41,751 bases of DNA, from IMG/VR virus record IMGVR_UViG_2563366965_000001, positions 1 to 41,751 of that record. The stretch is one strand, 5' to 3'. Under the pieces are notes generated by a model. The model saw only the letters and a program-made list of their open reading frames with translations, did not search any database and was not told the DNA's origin. Positions 36,683-41,751 of this stretch are shown here, piece after piece. Each line of letters opens with the position of its first letter. Positions within the stretch are counted from its first letter, which is position 1. The position numbers were made by a program, and so were the translations under genes. Source of the DNA: a virus. Lineage: Duplodnaviria; Heunggongvirae; Uroviricota; Caudoviricetes.

Positions 36683-37157
36683 TATGCAGCCCTCACAATA
36701 TAATTAAAGGCGATGTTACGTGGACGGTTTTCATTAGCTGTTGGCACGACACGAGAGGCGTCGAATCCAAGGTCATCGGTTTTGTCTATAGTAGTTGTGT
36801 TATTCGGCATTCTCGCTGATCGTGTTCCTGCATCGTAAAAAGCCCCTCTGATTGCATCAAAAGACATACCGATCCCGCCATCTGCGAATCCCTCAATATT
36901 TCTTATTGCATCCCCCTGTGAAGATAATAATTGTCGCCCGGCATCCACTCCACGTCCGTCATCCCAGCCACGAATAAATTCACCGCGTAAATCAGGCAAT
37001 TTATTTGTCGGATAAACCTTTGCCAGTTCCGGGTATTCTTCAGCAGAAAAAGCCGCACCATTGCATTTTAGCCAGCCTGTTGGCGGAGTGGCGGAAGGCC
37101 ACGGGACAGGCACACCAACGGGTAATGCCGAACCTTCTCCCAAACCAACGTTTATGA
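36682..37157 (-). other. Alternative tail-fibre variable C-terminal segment (no start of its own; expressed only when inverted and fused to the constant N-terminus)
   Basis: Reading frame through the crossover site gives INVGLGEGS, in-frame with [10 protein letters not shown] at the left site; typical fibre-tip motifs (GWLKCNGAAFSAEEYPELAKVYP). Confidence 0.55.
37134..37157. promoter_or_regulatory. Invertase crossover site, right
   Basis: CTTCTCCCAAACCAACGTTTATGA, resembling hix/gix (TTCTTGAAAACCAAGGTTTTTGATAA). Confidence 0.6.
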
Positions 37158-37214
37158 AAATGCAGAAATAGCGCGCAAATGGCATCATTCCTGTTTTTGT
37201 CAGGAGGAGCTATC

Positions 37215-37771
37215 ATGCTTATTGGCTATGTTCGCGTATCAACAAATGACCAGAACACCGATCTACAACGTAATGCGTTGAACTGTGCAGGATGCGAGCT
37301 GATTTTTGAAGACAAGATAAGCGGTACAAAGTCCGACAGACCAGGACTGAAAAAGCTGCTCAGGACATTATCGGCAGGTGACACGCTGGTGGTCTGGAAA
37401 CTGGACCGACTGGGGCGCAGTATGCGGCATCTTGTCGTGCTGGTGGAAGAGTTGCGCGAACGTGGCGTTAATTTTCGCAGCCTGACGGATGCTATTGATA
37501 CCAGCACACCAATGGGGCGCTTTTTCTTTCATGTGATGGGTGCCCTGGCTGAAATGGAGCGAGAGTTTATTGTCGAACGTACTAGGGCGGCTTTGCCGCA
37601 GCACGACAAGAAGGGAGGAACGGTGGGCGAAAGCCAAAGCTGACAGTAGAACAATGGGGGCAGGCTGGCAGGTTGATTGAATCGGGAATATATCAGCAGC
37701 AAGTCGCACTGATTTATGATCTGGGTATTTCAACGGTGTATAAAAAATTCCCTGTAGCAAGTAAACCATAG
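37215..37771 (+). pseudogene. Serine DNA invertase (Pin/Gin/Hin/Cin family) interrupted by a 1-nt deletion-type frameshift near 37586-37591
   Basis: Catalytic domain (MLIGYVRVSTNDQ...) is in frame 0 to ...ERTRA; the C-terminal HTH domain (GRNGGRKPKLTVEQWGQAGRLIESGIYQQQVALIYDLGISTVYKKFP) is open only in the -1 frame and ends at TAG 37769-37771. Confidence 0.6.
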
Positions 37772-37797
37772 CCTTACGCCACATTGATGATCGCGGA

Positions 37798-38493
37798 TTA
37801 TGCACTATTTTTAGGTCTTGTAACCCGAGGTGGGAGTTGTTTGGTTATATGTTCAAGTGATTTTTTGCCCAAGATAGTTCTTTGGACAAAACTTTCTATA
37901 GCTTCTAGCATTTGTTCGAACTCACTTTTATTCGGGCTCCAACTGCGATGTGCGGCGGCGTTTCCTGCATCAATTACTGAAGATATAACGCATGCCTCAG
38001 TGTCGCCTATGACTCCATCTTGTTTTAATTTTTCAACTTTTTCACCAAGTGGCAAACCGGGGTGAATTTGTAACAGTTCAGCAGTTCGATCAAAAATCGT
38101 CCGTAAACCGATGGACGAAAGAATGAAATGGTCAGAAGTATATGAAGAATACATTTCATTAAATATTTGAAAGAGCTGACGATCAACTGATTCAAGCTTG
38201 GATAACCATATCGGAGCTTGAAATGTTTCAGCGGCAGGATAGGTAGTGATCATATCTATAGGCGTTTCTACAAATTCACCATCACGATATTCGTGGGTAG
38301 TATGCTCACTGAAGTGTTCGTTGTGGTGATAGAAGACAGTATCACAGCCATTGCATTGGAGTAGGTGATGGTAATGGTACCCATAAACTGGATATTGGGA
38401 ATCCTCCCAGCTAGTGGTTAGCTTCCCATGCACAGTGCAGTTACGTAACCCACCGCATGTAGGGCAAAGAGCCTTGAGTATTTCCTTTTTCAT
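37798..38493 (-). CDS. Zinc-ribbon + DUF4145-like protein (231 aa), function unknown; candidate accessory/defence gene
   Basis: N-terminal CPTCGG ... CNGCDT cysteine pairs; C-terminal LRTIFDRTAELL...GEKVEKLKQDGVIGDTEACVISSVIDAGNAAAHR resembles the DUF4145 pattern from memory; AT-rich; solo gene between invertase and dinI. Confidence 0.5.
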   Translation of the reverse strand: MKKEILKALCPTCGGLRNCTVHGKLTTSWEDSQYPVYGYHYHHLLQCNGCDTVFYHHNEHFSEHTTHEYRDGEFVETPIDMITTYPAAETFQAPIWLSKLESVDRQLFQIFNEMYSSYTSDHFILSSIGLRTIFDRTAELLQIHPGLPLGEKVEKLKQDGVIGDTEACVISSVIDAGNAAAHRSWSPNKSEFEQMLEAIESFVQRTILGKKSLEHITKQLPPRVTRPKNSA

Positions 38494-38573
38494 AAAGTCT
38501 CTGATTCTATATGTAGGTTAAGACCACTATTAGCTATACGGACCTAATAATCAATCGTGTGCAGATACAAAAA

Positions 38574-38598
38574 AGCCCGTATAGCGGGATTTCATGTC
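38574..38598 (-). terminator. Weak intrinsic terminator downstream of dinI (minus strand)
   Basis: CCCG-CTATA-CGGG followed by TTTTTTT when read on the minus strand; the stem is only 4 bp. Confidence 0.3.
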
Positions 38599-38841
38599 AC
38601 TAAGGGCCGCGGCTACTTTGCGTATCTTTTTTGTCTTCTCACCGTCTGGCCGGTATTTTGCTGAGACTGCTTATTTCCAGTTTTTACTAGTGCTGTACTG
38701 GTACTGCCCAATCATGATTGGTGGGGGACGGAGTTGAGACCGCAGCCACGTCGTATGCAAGAACGCGCTGCGGTTGGCTGGTGAACTTTCGATAGTGCGA
38801 GTATTGAATGATTTCCAGCCGTTACAGATTTTACGTGTTTA

Positions 38842-39090
38842 TTAGTGAACAAACCACTCGTCAGCAGATTCCCAGGTATCTTTCAGAGTCTCCTGAACAA
38901 AAGTTTTTGCAGAATCCTTATCTGCGGTGCGTGTAACAGAAAGGCCATCATTGCTGGTGGCTTTTACTAACACCTCAACATCGTCATAACGCTTACTGAT
39001 GCGTCGGGTTAATTCTTCCTTTAACGCATCCACAGCACCGGTTGGCATTTTAGTCATTTTTTCTTTGGCTATGCAGATTTCAATACGCAT
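38842..39090 (-). CDS. dinI: DinI-like DNA-damage-inducible protein
   Basis: [11 protein letters not shown]...[11 protein letters not shown] ... [15 protein letters not shown] closely parallels E. coli DinI; GGAGGG RBS; two LexA boxes upstream. Confidence 0.8.
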   Translation of the reverse strand: MRIEICIAKEKMTKMPTGAVDALKEELTRRISKRYDDVEVLVKATSNDGLSVTRTADKDSAKTFVQETLKDTWESADEWFVH

Positions 39091-39103
39091 AAAAGTCCCT
39101 CCA

Positions 39104-39123
39104 TACTGTGTTTGTATACAGCA
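39104..39123. promoter_or_regulatory. LexA box 1 (TACTGTGTTTGTATACAGCA), 14 bp upstream of the dinI start
   Basis: CTGT-N8-ACAG with flanking TA/CA, close to the SOS-box consensus. Confidence 0.65.
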
Positions 39124-39131
39124 TTATTTTT

Positions 39132-39151
39132 AACTGTATGGATAAACAGTG
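39132..39151. promoter_or_regulatory. LexA box 2 (AACTGTATGGATAAACAGTG)
   Basis: CTGT-N8-ACAG; ends at the integrase stop codon. Confidence 0.55.
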
Positions 39152-40249
39152 TCAAGAGGTCTTATTTCTGCTCCTTTGGAGCTCTTCAAAACGATTATGT
39201 AAAGATTTCGGATACAGTTCGGTATATACCTGCCATAGCACGTTTAATGAACGATGCCCTGTAACTTGGGCGACTTCCTCAATACTAAAACCAGCCTCAA
39301 ATAAGCGACTTGCCCCTTCTCTACGCAAATCATGGTATCGCAGATCCTTAATACCTAATTTGCTTCTTACTCTCTGAAATCCCGCAGTAACAGAAGTGCT
39401 GTTATATGGAAAAATGAATTCCGATTTTTGGGGCTGTCGTTGGACGATATCCCAGGCTTCCCCAAGCAAGGCTACTTTCATGTGGTTGCCTTCCTTTTTG
39501 CGTGGATCTTTCCTGTCTCTTACGAGTATAGATTTTTGTTCCTGGTCGAGATCTTCCCATCTTAACCGGCATACTTCTCCGATTCGCATACAGGACCATA
39601 CAGAAAATTTGAGGATATCAACGAACGGAATTTTTGAGCATTTATGAGTAGATCGTTGTTGAAGGCCTGCAATGAGCATGTCCAGTTCATCAGATGCTGG
39701 TCTACGATTACGACGGTTTGATTTACCAATCAAACCAAGTTTAAGTAGATATGGGCGAGCGCTTTTCGCCGGGTTTGATGTGTAATTAATTCCGTATACA
39801 GGTTTGGCCGCATCCAGAACACTGCCAAGATAACTAACATCGTGGCTGACTGTTGCAGGACCTGCACCAGCGTTGTTTCTTAGCCTGCAATGTTCAATTA
39901 CGTCATTTTCTGTCAGTTCAGATAGTTTGATCGCGGAGATGTCACTATCCATAAGCAGTTCCAGCACATATCTTTTAGTACGGCCTGCTTTACCTCCGGC
40001 ATTTGGGTCATTTAAATATTTGTGTAGTAAGTCACGGACTGTAAGTCCGTCAACTGCATTTGATGATGGAATACCATATAGATCTAATTCCATCACTTTC
40101 TGTGTGCCCCATGTTTTGGCATGAGCATGTTTAGGGAATGTTTTGCTTTCCCTGTAAGTGATAACACCTTTTTCTTTGATAATCACATTACAGCGATAGC
40201 GTGGTGTGCCATCGGATTTTAGTCGTTTCTCTATGTTATAGTACGCCAT
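39152..40249 (-). CDS. int: Tyrosine-type phage integrase (dusA-associated class by position)
   Basis: 365 aa; C-terminal catalytic box (R...HDLRR...LLGH-like...Y); GAGG RBS; start 88 bp from the dusA start. Confidence 0.9.
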   Translation of the reverse strand: MAYYNIEKRLKSDGTPRYRCNVIIKEKGVITYRESKTFPKHAHAKTWGTQKVMELDLYGIPSSNAVDGLTVRDLLHKYLNDPNAGGKAGRTKRYVLELLMDSDISAIKLSELTENDVIEHCRLRNNAGAGPATVSHDVSYLGSVLDAAKPVYGINYTSNPAKSARPYLLKLGLIGKSNRRNRRPASDELDMLIAGLQQRSTHKCSKIPFVDILKFSVWSCMRIGEVCRLRWEDLDQEQKSILVRDRKDPRKKEGNHMKVALLGEAWDIVQRQPQKSEFIFPYNSTSVTAGFQRVRSKLGIKDLRYHDLRREGASRLFEAGFSIEEVAQVTGHRSLNVLWQVYTELYPKSLHNRFEELQRSRNKTS

Positions 40250-40337
40250 TACACGACCTCGTTATTTCGGGTTCCCATAAAACGTGGGAACCTGTGCGGG
40301 AACCTAACGCGAGAAAAATAGCCTGAAATGTTCAAAA

Positions 40338-41375
40338 ATGCACGATAATCATGAAACACAAAAAATTAATCAAACCAGCGTGATGCCTGAAAAAACTGGT
40401 GTTTACTGGAATTCTCGGTTTAGCATTGCTCCTATGCTCGACTGGACGGACAGACATTGCCGCTATTTCTTGCGTCTGCTTTCCCGCAATACGTTGCTGT
40501 ATACTGAAATGGTAACTACAGGGGCGATTATTCACGGTAAAGGTGATTACCTGGCGTATAGTGAAGAAGAACATCCGGTAGCGTTGCAACTCGGCGGTAG
40601 CGATCCGGCGGCGCTGGCGCAGTGTGCGAAGCTGGCAGAAGCGCGTGGATATGATGAGATCAACCTGAATGTCGGCTGCCCGTCTGACCGGGTGCAGAAC
40701 GGCATGTTTGGTGCGTGTCTGATGGGTAATGCGCAGCTGGTTGCCGACTGCGTGAAAGCGATGCGCGATGTGGTGTCGATTCCGGTGACGGTGAAAACGC
40801 GTATTGGCATCGACGACCAGGACAGCTATGAATTTCTCTGCGATTTCATCAACACCGTTTCCGGCAAAGGCGAGTGTGAGATGTTCATCATCCATGCACG
40901 TAAAGCCTGGCTTTCGGGGTTAAGTCCGAAAGAAAACCGTGAGATCCCGCCGCTCGATTATCCGCGTGTGTATCAACTGAAGCGTGACTTTCCGCATCTG
41001 ACAATGTCGATTAACGGTGGTATCAAGTCGCTGGAAGAGGCCAAAGCACACCTGCAACATATGGATGGCGTGATGGTCGGGCGCGAGGCGTATCAGAATC
41101 CGGGTATTCTGGCGGCGGTAGACCGGGAGATCTTTGGTTCCTCGGATATCGATGCCGATCCGGTGGCGGTAGTGCGCGCCATGTATCCGTACATTGAGCG
41201 TGAACTCAGCCAGGGGACGTATCTCGGTCATATTACCCGGCATATGTTGGGCTTGTTCCAGGGTATTCCTGGCGCGCGGCAGTGGCGGCGTTATTTAAGT
41301 GAAAATGCCCATAAAGCGGGTGCAGACATTAATGTGCTGGAACACGCGCTCAAACTGGTGGCGGATAAGCGTTAA
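40338..41375 (+). CDS. dusA: tRNA-dihydrouridine(20/20a) synthase DusA; the first 25-30 codons are AT-rich and probably supplied by the prophage
   Basis: Near-identity to E. coli DusA as recalled ([59 protein letters not shown]...); true start codon may be internal. Confidence 0.9.
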   Translation: MHDNHETQKINQTSVMPEKTGVYWNSRFSIAPMLDWTDRHCRYFLRLLSRNTLLYTEMVTTGAIIHGKGDYLAYSEEEHPVALQLGGSDPAALAQCAKLAEARGYDEINLNVGCPSDRVQNGMFGACLMGNAQLVADCVKAMRDVVSIPVTVKTRIGIDDQDSYEFLCDFINTVSGKGECEMFIIHARKAWLSGLSPKENREIPPLDYPRVYQLKRDFPHLTMSINGGIKSLEEAKAHLQHMDGVMVGREAYQNPGILAAVDREIFGSSDIDADPVAVVRAMYPYIERELSQGTYLGHITRHMLGLFQGIPGARQWRRYLSENAHKAGADINVLEHALKLVADKR

Positions 41376-41457
41376 CTTTTCACCAAAAAATAGTCAAATT
41401 CACCACGCCCTGCGCACCGTCGCGGGGCGTTTTGCTGTTAAATCAATAGATTATTTT

Positions 41458-41473
41458 TGGCATGATTCTTGTA
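41458..41473 (+). promoter_or_regulatory. Candidate sigma54 promoter of pspG (TGGCAT-N5-TTGTA)
   Basis: GG and GT elements spaced as -24/-12; pspG is known to be sigma54/PspF-dependent; about 35 nt upstream of the ATG. Confidence 0.4.
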
Positions 41474-41508
41474 ATGCCAGCAAGAGATTTCATATTTGGG
41501 AGTGCATC

Positions 41509-41751
41509 ATGCTGGAACTACTTTTTGTGATTGGCTTTTTTGTCATGCTGATGGTCACCGGCGTTTCGTTGCTGGGCATTATCGCCGCGCTGGTTGTGGC
41601 GACGGCCATTATGTTCCTCGGCGGTATGCTGGCATTGATGATTAAGTTGCTGCCGTGGTTACTACTGGCGATTGCGGTGGTGTGGGTTATTAAGGCGATT
41701 AAAGCACCAAAAGTGCCGAAATATCAGCGTTATGACCGCTGGCGTTACTAA
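41509..41751 (+). CDS. pspG: Phage shock protein G (host membrane protein)
   Basis: 80 aa, matches E. coli PspG as recalled (MLELLFV...KVPKYQRYDRWRY); GGGAG RBS. Confidence 0.85.
   Translation: MLELLFVIGFFVMLMVTGVSLLGIIAALVVATAIMFLGGMLALMIKLLPWLLLAIAVVWVIKAIKAPKVPKYQRYDRWRY

Larger units (their letters stand above)
35307..37157. other. Invertible tail-fibre (host-range) segment, about 1.85 kb, Mu G / P1 C / e14 P-segment type
   Basis: Bounded by inverted crossover sites; contains variable fibre end + tfa on the plus strand and the alternative tfa + fibre end on the minus strand; invertase gene immediately outside. Confidence 0.6.
1..40337. mobile_element. Mosaic temperate prophage integrated at the 5' end of dusA (lambdoid early/lysis genes, HK97-type head, Mu-type contractile tail); left boundary not contained in the window
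   Basis: Continuous run of phage genes ending in a tyrosine integrase (39152-40249, minus) directly abutting the dusA start; the first dusA codons are AT-rich, consistent with a phage-supplied 5' end. attL is not in the window, so extent is a minimum. Confidence 0.75.

Noticed and set aside
38576-38735. 52-aa hydrophobic plus-strand ORF (MSLRAAATLRIFFVF...) in the spacer between the DUF4145-like gene and dinI
   Set aside because: No ribosome-binding site; it overlaps the minus-strand terminator hairpin.
1-41751. Insertion sequences, transposases, tRNA or rRNA genes
   Set aside because: No transposase-like translations or terminal inverted repeats of IS type were seen, and no tRNA/rRNA-like sequence; the only recombinases are the prophage integrase and the frameshifted invertase.

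Overview
The window is almost entirely one mosaic temperate prophage (about 40.3 kb; its left end lies beyond position 1) integrated at the 5' end of host dusA, followed by host dusA and pspG. All calls come from reading the six-frame translations and the DNA by eye; no database search was run, so family names are recollections of motifs and are hedged. Layout, left to right: (i) an accessory module at 1-1250 (Panacea/DUF4065-like protein translationally coupled to a small putative toxin, plus a 57-aa ORF and a terminator); (ii) a leftward early operon (PrtN-like regulator, 3'-5' exonuclease, DUF551, coiled-coil protein, HD hydrolase, YfdQ-like and YfdP-like proteins, resembling the E. coli CPS-53 yfdP-yfdT block); (iii) a GC-rich structured spacer, then two tandem cassettes with near-identical flanks that each carry a different convergent pair of small ORFs; (iv) a lambdoid immunity and replication region (ClpX-type zinc-finger protein, LexA-like CI repressor, Cro, CII-like, O-like initiator with in-gene iterons, PerC-like regulator, LexA-DNA-binding-domain-only protein, RusA, KilA-N, DUF968, Q-like antiterminator with a PR'/tR'-like unit); (v) late genes (orphan DNA methyltransferase, holin, a lambda R-type endolysin, overlapping Rz/Rz1 spanins, HNH endonuclease, a putative cos region, small and large terminase subunits, HK97-type portal, protease and capsid); (vi) a Mu-like contractile tail (sheath, tube, chaperone with a -1 frameshift site, tape measure with three 120-bp tandem repeats, a promoter/terminator-bounded AT-rich moron, DNA circulation protein, baseplate genes); (vii) an invertible tail-fibre segment bounded by gix/hix-like inverted crossover sites, with an invertase that carries a 1-nt frameshift; (viii) a cargo slot next to the attachment site holding an AT-rich zinc-ribbon + DUF4145-like solo gene, a dinI-like gene under two LexA boxes, and the tyrosine integrase abutting dusA. 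The best candidates for an undescribed system are the zinc-ribbon/DUF4145-like gene (37798-38493), the duplicated-flank cassette array (5687-6913), the Panacea-coupled pair at the left edge, and the tail-cluster moron (29543-29920). None can be assigned a function from sequence alone.
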